64,000 nt of DNA, taken from an uncultured Actinomycetes bacterium. Its GTDB lineage: Bacteria; Actinomycetota; Acidimicrobiia; Acidimicrobiales; CAVRDY01. The translations under genes and the position numbers were made by a program. The DNA lies in contig CAVRDY010000016.1 of the NCBI GenBank assembly GCA_963719935.1, positions 165,577 through 229,576 of the forward strand. The letters are read 5' to 3'. The notes below the pieces were generated by a model. The model did no database searches and was not told the origin of the DNA. It saw only the letters and a list, made by a program, of their open reading frames with translations. Every line of letters begins with the position of its first letter. Position 1 is the first letter of the stretch. Of this stretch, positions 47,014-55,589 are shown one piece after another.

Positions 47014-47760
47014 GTCCTGTGAGTCGAACCCGTTCCGGGCGAGCCGGCTCCTGTGGGACCCAGCGGCGTCGAGGACGTCGCGCGAACGGCGGTGACTCTT
47101 CGCGACGGCTCGGCGGCTGCGGGCGGCGACGGGGTACGACGTCGTGGCGGTGACCAAGGGACTCGGGGTCGATGCGGTGCGTGGCCGCCCAGGATGTCGG
47201 GCCTGACCGACCTCGGTGAGAACTACGCCCAGGAGCTCGTGGCCAAGGCGACCGGATGCGAGAGGGCGGGGGACCAGATCGCGGGCCCCGATGGCACTTC
47301 ATCGGCCGGCTCCAACGCAACAAGGTCCGCCGTCTGGCGCCCATCGTCACTCTGTGGCAGACGGTCGACCGCCTCGCGGTGGGGCGTGAGATCGCCCGGT
47401 GGGCCGCCGGGGGCAGCCGGTCCTGGTGCAGGTGAACGTGCTCGGGCGAGGCCCAGAAGGGCGGGTGCGACCGGCGACGAGGTCCCCGGTCTGGTGGCCG
47501 CGCTCGTCGGCGGAGGGCCTCGACGTCAGGGGCCTCATGGCGGTGGGCCCGACCGGCCCGCCGGCGGACGCCCGGAGCCGTTCGCACCGCCTCGTGGCGG
47601 TCTCGCCGACGATCTGGGACTGCGCGGTGCGCTCGATGGGGATGAGCAGCGGACCTCGAGGTCGCGGTCGCGGCCGGAGTCGACCATGGTGCGGGTGGGG
47701 AGCGATCTCTTCGGCCCGCGCCCTGCCCGGCTCCGTCGGTCAGACGGCGCGACCCTCGGT
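47010..47760 (+). pseudogene. yggS: YggS-family PLP-binding protein, multiple frameshifts; 3' end undetermined
   Basis: GTGA overlap with pgeF. VVAVTKG, LGENYAQELVAKA, VLVQVNV, LMAVGP and STMVRVGSDLFGPRP motifs are spread over frames. No stop codon in any frame before sepF. Confidence 0.6.
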
Positions 47761-47836
47761 TCGGACCCCGGGCCCGGCAAGATCGCTCCGCGGGGTGCCG
47801 AGCAACTGCGCCCTCTCCTATCGGCAGGAGGACACG

Positions 47837-48372
47837 ATGGCATCGACGTGGCGCCGCGCCATGCTCTATCTGGGGTTGGGCCCGGACGAGGAGTACGAGG
47901 ACTACGAGCCCCCACCCGAGCGCGCTCCGCGGCCCGACCGAGGTCGCCCCGCCGGCGGCGGCCCGGCTCCCCGCCCCGCGCCCGTCCCCCAACGCGGCGA
48001 GGCCGCGAGACAGTCAGCAAGGTGCGGCCGGTGCGGCGCCCGGAGCAGAACCGGCGCAAGCCCCGCCCTGCAGCGGTACGGCCGGTGCCGGTGCCGGCGA
48101 ACGCCAAGCCGTCCGTCGTGGCCCCCAGGTCGTTCAACGACACCCAGGAGGTGGCCGACAAGTTCAAGGCCAACCAGCCGGTGATCGTGAATCTCCAGGG
48201 AGTCGATCGGGATCTTGCCCGGCGTATCATCGACTTCGCCTCGGGCATCTGTTACGGCCTCGGTGGCCAGATGGAGCGGGTGGCCAGCGCGGTGTACCTG
48301 CTCACTCCGACCAACGTCGAAGTGTCCGTCGAAGAGCGCCGACGCCTCCAGGAGCGCGGCTACGACGCCTGA
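47837..48372 (+). pseudogene. sepF: cell division protein SepF, one frameshift near 47990
   Basis: The N-terminus MASTWRRAMLYLGLGPDEEYEDYE (frame of ORF 47399) joins the C-terminus FNDTQEVADKFKANQPVIVNLQGVDRDLARRIIDFASGICYGLGG (frame of ORF 47053). Confidence 0.8.
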
Positions 48373-48417
48373 GCGGTGGACTGAGACCGATTCGGGAGCC
48401 CTGATGGGAGCGGAGCC

Positions 48418-48671
48418 ATGACTGCCGTGGTGTGCTGGGTGCTCACGGCGTACTGGTTCGTACTGATCTTGCGCATCGTGGCCAGTTGGTTCCCTGCTCC
48501 CACCAGTGCGGCCGGTGAGCAGTTCATGGGGTTGCTCTGGTCCCTGACCGAACCGGTCCTCGCTCCCGTGCGCTCGCTGTTCCCCCCGTCCGGGCGGGCG
48601 GGCTGGCCCTGGACCTGTCGCCCATCGCAGTGTTCATCGTCATCGCGATCCTCCGCGGGGCCATCTGCTGA
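48418..48671 (+). pseudogene. YggT-family membrane protein, one frameshift near 48590
   Basis: N-terminus MTAVVCWVLTAYWFVLILRIVASWFP..EPVLAPVRSLFPP. The C-terminus LALDLSPIAVFIVIAILRGAIC-stop (TGA 48669-48671) is in another frame. The track ORF 48418..50226 is an artefactual fusion with divIVA. Confidence 0.7.
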
Positions 48672-48747
48672 AGGCCTCCCAGGGACCGTATCGCGGTGCC
48701 GAAGGCATCCCCCGGGCAGGTGGAGGAGCAGGAGTAGCATCCGCCGC

Positions 48748-50226
48748 ATGGACGCCACCGCCACCCTGACTGACATCAAGTTCAACGAGGCCAAGCGGGG
48801 CTACGACCCGGTCGAGGTGGACAACTTCCTCGAGAAGCTCGGCGATGCGGTCGTCAAGTTGCAGGACAAGGTGCGCGAGGCTGGGAGGCGGGCCGATGAA
48901 GCGGCCACCCGGGCCACGACCGCTGAGCAGCGGGCCACAGAACTCGAACGGCGCGCGCTGGATGCCGAGGCGAAGCTGGCGGCAGGTGGTGGTGAAGCCC
49001 CCGCCGACGAGGCCGAGTTGACCGAGACCCTCAAGAAGACCCTGCTCCTCGCTCAGCGCACCGCGGATGACACGGTCAGGGAGGCCACGGACGAGGCCGA
49101 GCGGCTGCGTACCGAGGGTCGCCAGCAGGCCGCCCGAATGGTCGACGAAGCCAACCGCGACGCTGCTCGACGCCTCGCCGAGGCCGAGGCGGATCTGGCT
49201 GCCAAGACCGAGCAGGAGAGCCAGGAACTGGTTGCCCAGATCACCAAGCTCGAGAGTCTCCGCGACGATCTGCTGGCCGACGTGGAGCTGCTCGACACGC
49301 ACCTGGCGAGCGTGCGCGAGTCCCTGGCTGTCGGCGTGGCCGACCTGACTGAGCTGGTCGAGCACCCCGAGCGGCTCCGTGCCCGGGACCGTCCCACTCT
49401 GCGTCGCCCAGCGGAGGTCTCGGCTGCTACCGACACGCAGATGAAGCCCGCGACGGCCGAGGCAGCCGCAGATCAGGGTGTTGACGGCGGCGGAGAGAAG
49501 CCGAAGCCTGCATCCGCCGACCCCGGCGTTTCGGCCGAGCCTGCTGCTGCAGCGACCGTGACCGAGCCGACGCTTCCGCCGGCGGCCGTGCCGGCCAGAG
49601 CCAAGGAGGGACAGGCCAAGGACGCTCCGGCCAAGGAGGGACAGGCCAAGGAGGGACAGGCCAAGGAGGGACAGGCCAAAGGAGGCCCGATCAGGGCTGC
49701 GCTGGATCCATCCGATGTCGGGCCGTCCGCGAGTAGCACGTCCGCAGGTCGCCAGACCCCAAGCCCGCCCCGGCAGCATGGGTCCGGTGCACGCCCTGGT
49801 GAGGTGCCGACCCCTGGTGGAGCTGGACCCTCCGTGCCGCCCCGCCCCGCTGCATCGCCCGACCAAGCGGAGTCGTCTTCGTCGGAGGCGGGCAAACCGC
49901 GCCCAGCACCTTTCGTCTTCGGCCGCGCTCCCGCAGGCAAGGGCCAGGACGCGGCGGCAGCGGGGAGTGCCGCGTCACCGGTCAAGAGTGCGCCTGGCGA
50001 GGACGGGACCGGTCCCGTGGAGGACGCCGGTCCTCCTACCCAGCCGATCGACCTCACCGAGGGAGCATCGCCTGACGACGGCTTCCTGGACGAGCTGCGG
50101 CGGGCCGTCGACGAGGACAACCCACTCGGACCGGGCGACCCAGATGCCGATGCCGCCATGCAGGCCTTCTTCGAGCAGGATCGCGACGACCTTCCAAAGC
50201 GCGGGCGTTTCGGTCGTCGCCGCTGA
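48748..50226 (+). CDS. divIVA: DivIVA (Wag31-like) with a long low-complexity C-terminal extension
   Basis: ATG 48748. N-terminus MDATATLTDIKFNEAKRGYDPVEVDNFLEKL. A coiled coil is followed by an A/P/G/E/K-rich tail of about 250 aa that includes AKEGQ repeats. Confidence 0.85.
   Translation: MDATATLTDIKFNEAKRGYDPVEVDNFLEKLGDAVVKLQDKVREAGRRADEAATRATTAEQRATELERRALDAEAKLAAGGGEAPADEAELTETLKKTLLLAQRTADDTVREATDEAERLRTEGRQQAARMVDEANRDAARRLAEAEADLAAKTEQESQELVAQITKLESLRDDLLADVELLDTHLASVRESLAVGVADLTELVEHPERLRARDRPTLRRPAEVSAATDTQMKPATAEAAADQGVDGGGEKPKPASADPGVSAEPAAAATVTEPTLPPAAVPARAKEGQAKDAPAKEGQAKEGQAKEGQAKGGPIRAALDPSDVGPSASSTSAGRQTPSPPRQHGSGARPGEVPTPGGAGPSVPPRPAASPDQAESSSSEAGKPRPAPFVFGRAPAGKGQDAAAAGSAASPVKSAPGEDGTGPVEDAGPPTQPIDLTEGASPDDGFLDELRRAVDEDNPLGPGDPDADAAMQAFFEQDRDDLPKRGRFGRRR
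49600..49689. repeat. 15-bp unit gccaaggagggacag x 6 (4 perfect, 2 diverged), in frame in divIVA
   Basis: Units at 49600, 49615 (diverged), 49630, 49645, 49660 and 49675 (diverged). Encodes AKEGQ AKDAP AKEGQ AKEGQ AKEGQ AKGGP. Confidence 0.9.
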
Positions 50227-50235
50227 CGACCACCT

Positions 50236-50259
50236 GGCCCGTCCTTCCGTTGACGGGCC
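50236..50259 (+). terminator. GC-rich hairpin 10 nt after the divIVA stop (possible intrinsic terminator without a U-tract)
   Basis: GGCCCGTC-cttccgtt-GACGGGCC, a perfect 8-bp stem with an 8-nt loop. No T-run follows, so the function is uncertain. Confidence 0.4.
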
Positions 50260-50315
50260 GTGCCCCTGCCCCTACGATGCCTCACCTTTGCGGCAGGAAG
50301 AGGACACCCTCGGCC

Positions 50316-50921
50316 ATGGCATCAACATCCAGCACCAAGAGCAAGACGGTCAAGAAGAAGGCTCCGGCCAAGAAGAAGGCTCCGGCCAAGAAGGCTCCGG
50401 CCAAGAAGAAGGCTCCGGCCAAGAAGAAGGCTCCGGCCAAGAAGAAGGCTCCGGCCAAGAAGGCTCCGGCCAAGAAGGCTCCGGCCAAGAAGGCTCCGGC
50501 CAAGAAGGCTCCGGCCAAGAAGGCTCCGGCCAAGAAGAAGGCGTCTCCTTTCGACAAGAGGTTCCTGACTGAGCAGGAAGGCGCCTTGCGGGCTGAGCGG
50601 TCCACCTACCTGCAGCAGGCCGACGCGCTCCAAGCCGAGGCTGATTCGCTGGTGGCCGAACGTGAACCGGGAGACGTCCAGTTCGACGAAGAGTCCGGCG
50701 AGGGTGACACCATGGCGGTGGAGCGAGCCCGCGATCTGGCGCTGTCGGCCCAGGCCCGTCAGCAGATCACCGAGATCGACCTGGCGCTGGACAAGATCCA
50801 AGACGGCACGTACGGACTCTGCGAAGCGTCGGGCAAGCCCATCCCCAAGGAGCGCCTGCGGGCCATTCCCTGGGCCCGGGTGAGGGTGGAGTACAAGACC
50901 GGGGGCTTCGGTCACCGCTGA
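50316..50921 (+). CDS. bipartite protein: N-terminal Lys/Ala/Pro histone-H1-like tail plus C-terminal DksA/TraR-like domain with a degenerate zinc finger
   Basis: ATG 50316 with AGGAAGAGGA upstream. 11 x (K)KKAPA units. DksA-type coiled coil and [28 protein letters not shown], in which only 1 of the 4 canonical Cys is present. Confidence 0.75.
   Translation: MASTSSTKSKTVKKKAPAKKKAPAKKAPAKKKAPAKKKAPAKKKAPAKKAPAKKAPAKKAPAKKAPAKKAPAKKKASPFDKRFLTEQEGALRAERSTYLQQADALQAEADSLVAEREPGDVQFDEESGEGDTMAVERARDLALSAQARQQITEIDLALDKIQDGTYGLCEASGKPIPKERLRAIPWARVRVEYKTGGFGHR
50352..50540. repeat. 15/18-bp tandem repeat aag(aag)aaggctccggcc, about 11 units, in frame
   Basis: Near-perfect copies encoding [11 protein letters not shown]. 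Confidence 0.9.
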
Positions 50922-50967
50922 ACCGCCTCGGGCTCCGGGGCTACCTCACCGTCACCTCCCTCTGGCG

Positions 50968-51513
50968 TTGCTCGTCGGGGCAGGTGTGCTGATGGCCGAT
51001 CATCTGTCCAAATGGTGGGCGGTTCGGACCCTGGTAGACGAGCCCCTCGACCTCATCTGGACCCTGCGGCTGCGCCTGGTGTCGAACACGGGTGCCTCCT
51101 TCTCTGTCGGTGAGGGATTCGGGCCAGTCATCGGCGTGATCGCCCTGGCGGTCGTCGGGGCGCTGTTGTGGTCGGGACGCACGGTGGAGACCCGTACAGG
51201 TGCCGTTGGGCTGGGCATGGTTCTCGGCGGAGCACTGGGCAACGTCTTGGACCGCGCCTTCCGTGCCGGCGACGGGCTGATGGCGGGTGCGGTGGTGGAC
51301 TGGATCGACCTCCAGTGGTGGCCGGTGTTCAACCTGGCCGACGCCGGGGTGGTGGTCGGTGCCGTCGTACTGGTCATCTCGGCCGGAAGCCAGGAGCGCG
51401 CCGGCAGCGATGCCGACGAGCTGCTCTCCATCCCACAGGTTCCCGAGACCCGGGTTCCCGACGCGGCCGGTGCCCTTCCCGAGTCGGGGCGCGGGAGTGG
51501 AAACGCGCGGTGA
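50968..51513 (+). CDS. lspA: lipoprotein signal peptidase (signal peptidase II)
   Basis: VSNTGASFS, LGNVLDR, VVDWI and FNLADAG motifs. TTG 50968 is the first canonical start, but the N-terminal TM looks short, so the start is uncertain. Confidence 0.8.
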   Translation: MLVGAGVLMADHLSKWWAVRTLVDEPLDLIWTLRLRLVSNTGASFSVGEGFGPVIGVIALAVVGALLWSGRTVETRTGAVGLGMVLGGALGNVLDRAFRAGDGLMAGAVVDWIDLQWWPVFNLADAGVVVGAVVLVISAGSQERAGSDADELLSIPQVPETRVPDAAGALPESGRGSGNAR

Positions 51514-52445
51514 AGGACTCCCGGGGACTGATCCGGGAAGCCGTTCCCAACGCTCTGGACGCGGAGCGTCTGGATCGGGCCGTGGCGTTGCTGGCGGGCC
51601 TCCCCCGTGCCGAAGCGGCGGCTCTGGTCCGGGCCGGACGGGTGGAGGTAGAGGGTCTGGTCGTAACCCGGGGGGCGCGCCGCCTCGTCCTCGGAGAGGT
51701 GGTGACCATCGACGTCCCCGCCGAGTTGGAGAAGGGACTCGGTCCCGACCCCTCCGTTCCCCTCGTGATCGTCCACGAAGATCCGGACCTGTTGGTGGTC
51801 GACAAGCCGGCAGGGTTGGTCATTCATCCCGGTGCCGGCAACGCCAGCGGGACCCTCGTTCAGGGTCTGCTGGCCCGGTACCCCGAGCTGGCGCTGGTCG
51901 GTGACCCGGCTCGTCCCGGCATCGTGCATCGCCTCGACCGGGGCACGTCCGGGCTGATCGTGGTAGCCCGGACCCCGATTGCCTACGACGCACTGGTTCG
52001 CCAGCTGGCGGCGCGGACGGTGGGGAGGACCTATGACGTGTTGGTACGAGGGTGGGTCGAGGATGACGAGGGGATCGTGGATGCACCGATAGCCCGGTCA
52101 TCCCGTTCCCGGACCCGGATGGCCGTGCGTCGCGACGGCCGTGACGCGCGGACCCGCTTCAGGGTGGTGAGCCGTTGGCCCTCTCCAGAGCTGACCCGCT
52201 TGACCGCTTCTCTGGAGACAGGACGCACGCACCAGATCAGGGTCCACCTGGCCGCCATCGGTCACCCCGTCGTGGGTGATGAACGCTACGGGGGGGCTGG
52301 TCGGGAACCCGACCTGACCAGGCCCTTCCTCCACGCCGGTCGGCTGGCGCTCGACCATCCCGTTTCCGGGGAGCACCTGGAGTGGAGTGCGCCCCTTCCC
52401 GCTGACCTGATTGCCGTGCTCGAGGAACTCGGTCGGCCAGCGTGA
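51510..52445 (+). CDS. rluD: RluA-family pseudouridine synthase (RluD-like)
   Basis: GTGA overlap with lspA. S4-like N-terminus, then VVDKPAGLVIHPG and HRLDRGTSGLIVVA. Confidence 0.85.
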   Translation: MKDSRGLIREAVPNALDAERLDRAVALLAGLPRAEAAALVRAGRVEVEGLVVTRGARRLVLGEVVTIDVPAELEKGLGPDPSVPLVIVHEDPDLLVVDKPAGLVIHPGAGNASGTLVQGLLARYPELALVGDPARPGIVHRLDRGTSGLIVVARTPIAYDALVRQLAARTVGRTYDVLVRGWVEDDEGIVDAPIARSSRSRTRMAVRRDGRDARTRFRVVSRWPSPELTRLTASLETGRTHQIRVHLAAIGHPVVGDERYGGAGREPDLTRPFLHAGRLALDHPVSGEHLEWSAPLPADLIAVLEELGRPA

Positions 52446-52481
52446 GAGCGGGAGGCAGCCCCGATCGTTGTAGACCGGTGC

Positions 52482-52925
52482 TCAGACCTCACCGGGCCAG
52501 GGGGCGTCGCCCCGGCTGACCCGGGCGATGTCCGCAAGGCTCCAGGAGTCGAGCTCCTTGCGCATACGGGTGCCCAACTCGGCCCAGATGGCTAGCAGAA
52601 CGCACTGCCCTTCGTGATCGCAGGCACCGTCGGTGTGGGGTTCGCCGAAGTCGCCGGCCACGATCGGTCCGTCCACTGCACTCACGATGTCTCCCAGCGT
52701 GACCGCACCGGGATCACGGGCGAGGACGTAGCCGCCTCCGACCCCCCGCTTCGAGCGAACAAGGCCGGCACCCTTCAGGGCCAGCAGGATCTGCTCGAGG
52801 TAGGGCTGAGGTAGCCCCGTTCGCTCGGCGATGTCGCGCACCGAGGTGGGCCCACCCTCCTCGGTGTGCAGGGTCAGCGACAGCAGGGCCCGGGCGGCAT
52901 AGTCACCTCGGGTGGAGACCTTCAC
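52482..52925 (-). CDS. Rrf2-family transcriptional regulator
   Basis: (V)KVSTRGDYAARALLSL and the wHTH ERTGLPQPYLEQILLALKGAGLV. I prefer GTG 52925 (TAGGTT 7 nt upstream). The ORF is open to 52934. Confidence 0.85.
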   Translation of the reverse strand: MKVSTRGDYAARALLSLTLHTEEGGPTSVRDIAERTGLPQPYLEQILLALKGAGLVRSKRGVGGGYVLARDPGAVTLGDIVSAVDGPIVAGDFGEPHTDGACDHEGQCVLLAIWAELGTRMRKELDSWSLADIARVSRGDAPWPGEV

Positions 52926-53049
52926 CCCGCTCAACCTAGCAACCGGACCCCGCCGGGGTGGGGGTCACCGAGCGGGCCATACGAACCTCCCGGGGATCGC
53001 AGACGCTACGCATATTGGGTCGAGTGGATCATCGTCACCGGCACCGACC

Positions 53050-54219
53050 GTGGCTAGCGTGGAGGTGCTGGTTTCCCCAGAGCGGTCAGCCATCCCGGTA
53101 GGAGCCATCTTGGCCGAGCATCCAGTCCTCCCCGACTACCGCGGCGCCTGCCTGACCAACGTCGTACCTGCACTGGTGAACCCGGGCGAGGCACCGTCAT
53201 GGTTGCCCGCGTCGGCTGTTGGTGCCACCAGATCGTGCTGCTCGCCATCGACGGGCTGGGTTGGGAGCAGCTCCAGGAGCGCCGTTCGCTGGCTCCCACA
53301 TTGGCGTCGATGGACGGTGGGCCGATCACCACGGTCGCGCCTTCCACCACGTCTACCGCGATGACGTCGTTCACCACCGGCCTGACTCCCGGTGAGCACG
53401 GGATCATCGGCTACCGCATCCATGTGCACCAGCAGATCCTCAACGTTCTGCGGTGGTCAACGGCGGCGGCGGAGACGCCCGCCAGGCGATCCCCCCAGCC
53501 GAGTTCCAGCCGCTCCCCGCGTTCTGCGGCACGCACCCCCCGATAGTGACCCGAGCCGAGTTCGTGGGGTCAGGCTTCAGCGCAGGCCCACCTCGACGGC
53601 GTCCGCTTCCACGGCTACCGCATGGCCTCGACCCTGGCCGTGGAGGTTCGCCAGCTGTTGGGGAGCGGCGAGCCCTTCGTCTACGCCTACTACGACGGGA
53701 TCGACAAGGTTGCCCACGAGTACGGACTGGGCGAGCACTACGACGCCGAGCTGGTCAGCGTGGACTTCCTCGTCTCGTACCTGGTCTCGGTGCTCCCTCC
53801 CGGTGCCGCGCTCGTCGTCACCGCCGACCACGGGCAGGTGGAGGTGGGTGATCGCTCGTCGAGCTCCCGCCCCGGGTTCTCGACCGGGTGAGCCTCCAGT
53901 CGGGCGAGGGTCGGTTCCGCTGGCTGCACGCCCGTCCCGGGCAAGCCGGCCGAGCTGCTGGAGGCGGCGACCGCCTGCTATCGAGGACGTCGCCTGGGTG
54001 CGCAGCGTCCGCGACGTGCTGGACGAACGGCTGGTTCGGCGATCGGGTCTCTCCGGCCGCGGCCTCCCGGCTGGGCGATGTTGCCCTCGTGGCCCGTGAC
54101 CCGATCTCCTTCGTCGACCCCGACGACACGGGCCCGTACCGCTCTGATCGGTCGGCACGGGTCGCTCGACGTCGGCCGAGATGCTCGTCCCGTTGCTGGC
54201 GGCTCGGCGTTCGGCCTGA
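53050..54219 (+). pseudogene. alkaline-phosphatase-superfamily (nucleotide pyrophosphatase/phosphodiesterase-like) protein, multiple frameshifts
   Basis: VLLAIDGLGWEQL..APSTTSTAMTSFTTGLTPGEHGIIGY (ORF 53199), YDGIDKVAHEYG..LVVTADHGQV (ORF 53622) and an EMLVPLLAA-type end at TGA 54217-54219, in different frames. Confidence 0.65.
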
Positions 54220-54263
54220 GCGCCCGCCCGGCCCCCCGCTAGCCTGGGATTCCCATGACGAGC

Positions 54264-54759
54264 ATGTCCCGAACCCGAACCCGAGGTGGTCACCCCTGAC
54301 GGGGTGGCTCCGACCTTCCCTCCGAGGGCGATGACACCGACGGCCGCGAGTCCGTGGCGCAGCCGGCCAAGGTCATGAGGGTCGGGTCGATGATCCGCCA
54401 ACTCCTGGACGAGGCCCACAACACCAGCCTCGACGAGGCCAGCCGCCAGCGGCTGCACGAGATCTACGCCCGTTCCATCGACGAGCTGAGCGACGCTTTG
54501 TCCGAGGATCTGCGGGAAGAGCTGGATCGCCTGGTGTTCCCCTTCCTCGACGCCGGTGACGCCGTCCCCACCGAGGCCGAGCTGCGCATCGCCCAGGCCC
54601 AGCTGATCGGATGGCTCGAGGGGCTGTTCCACGGGATCCAGGCCACTCTCTTCGCCCAGCAGATGGCGGCCCGACAGCAGCTCGAGCAGATGCGTGGCCA
54701 GCTACCACCGGGTGCCGCGGCAGCAACCCGCCGACAGCCGACCGGGCACCTACCTGTAG
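54264..54759 (+). pseudogene. bpa: bacterial proteasome activator Bpa/PafE-like, about 3 frameshifts; core in ORF 54354..
   Basis: AQPAKVMRVGSMIRQLLDE..AELRIAQAQLIGWLEGLFHGIQATLFAQQMAA. The as-assembled frame runs on to 54956, but an adjacent frame ends ..GTYL-TAG at 54757-54759, matching the GQYL-type C-terminal motif. The acidic N-terminus from ATG 54264 needs 2 more indel corrections. Confidence 0.7.
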
Positions 54760-54804
54760 ACGCTCAGCAGAGGTCGGGTCTCCCCGGTCGGAAGGGCCGC
54801 ACGG

Positions 54805-55578
54805 TCACAGGTCCAGGGTGCCGCCCGGCGGAAGGGCACCGCGTGCCAGCGCCTTGGCCTTGGTGCGCATCAGATTGGCCCGTGGGGCACGGCTCACTGC
54901 CTCTGCCATCCTCATGGCCTCCTCCAGGACCGCCCCGGGCGCCACGACCGTGTTGACCAGCCCCCACTGCAACGCCTCGGGCGCGTCGAGAACCCGCCCG
55001 GTGAGGCACAGCTCGCGGGCCCGGGCCCCTCCGACGAGGTCGGCCAGGGGTGTGTACACGACGTCGCCGAAGGTGTACTCGGGATGGCTGAACGTCGCTG
55101 TAGTGCTGGCCACCCTGAGGTCGCACAGGACAGCCAGGTCGAGCCCGCCGGCGATGGCGGGGCCTCCCACGGCAGCGATGGCGGGAACGGGGAACGTGGC
55201 CAGGCGTCGGTGGTACCGGTCGCTGGAGTCCCACAACTCCTGGGCGAAGGCTGAGTCCTCGAGGGCCCGGTCGAACTCGGTGAGGTCGAACCCTGCGCAG
55301 AAGACCTCGCCGGCTCCGGCGAGAACCAGGGCCTTGACGGACTCGTCGTGCGCCAGTTCGTCCAGGATCGAGCTCAGGCCGTCTCGCAGCGCCACCGACA
55401 GAGCGTTGCGCTTCTCGGGGCGGTCCAGGGTCACCACGGCAATGGCCGGAGTCGGGTGCTCGAGGGTCAGGTGAGGGGTCGGTCGGGAGGCATGGCGGGA
55501 TTCTTCCAGCAATGGACAGCACGATGAGCGGGTAGAGGTGCGCGGGCCGCCCGGACGCGCTACAAAGGGAAATGACAC
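54805..55578 (-). CDS. enoyl-CoA hydratase/isomerase (crotonase) family protein
   Basis: VVTLDRPEKRNAL and LAGAGEVFCAGFDL motifs. The start is uncertain; the conserved core begins about 40 codons into the ORF. Confidence 0.8.
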   Translation of the reverse strand: MSFPFVARPGGPRTSTRSSCCPLLEESRHASRPTPHLTLEHPTPAIAVVTLDRPEKRNALSVALRDGLSSILDELAHDESVKALVLAGAGEVFCAGFDLTEFDRALEDSAFAQELWDSSDRYHRRLATFPVPAIAAVGGPAIAGGLDLAVLCDLRVASTTATFSHPEYTFGDVVYTPLADLVGGARARELCLTGRVLDAPEALQWGLVNTVVAPGAVLEEAMRMAEAVSRAPRANLMRTKAKALARGALPPGGTLDL

Positions 55579-55589
55579 GGGTGTGATTC

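Noticed and set aside
38400-48700. Reading the frameshifted dcw genes as genuine pseudogenes, or as programmed ribosomal frameshifting or recoding
   Set aside because: Pseudogenisation of ftsZ, ftsW, murC/D/G/B, sepF and others would be lethal unless a second cluster exists. The fragments show no substitution decay or premature in-frame stops. Dozens of programmed frameshifts without slippery heptamers or stimulatory structures are implausible. Several indels sit in homopolymer runs. Sequence error is the parsimonious explanation, though it needs read-level confirmation.
47053-50226. Apparent large fusion ORFs 47053..48372 (439 aa, YggS-SepF) and 48418..50226 (602 aa, YggT-DivIVA)
   Set aside because: The joins run through out-of-frame, Arg-rich junk created by single-base indels. 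The natural stop of yggT (TGA 48669-48671) and the natural starts of sepF (47837) and divIVA (48748) are recoverable. They are not real fusion proteins.
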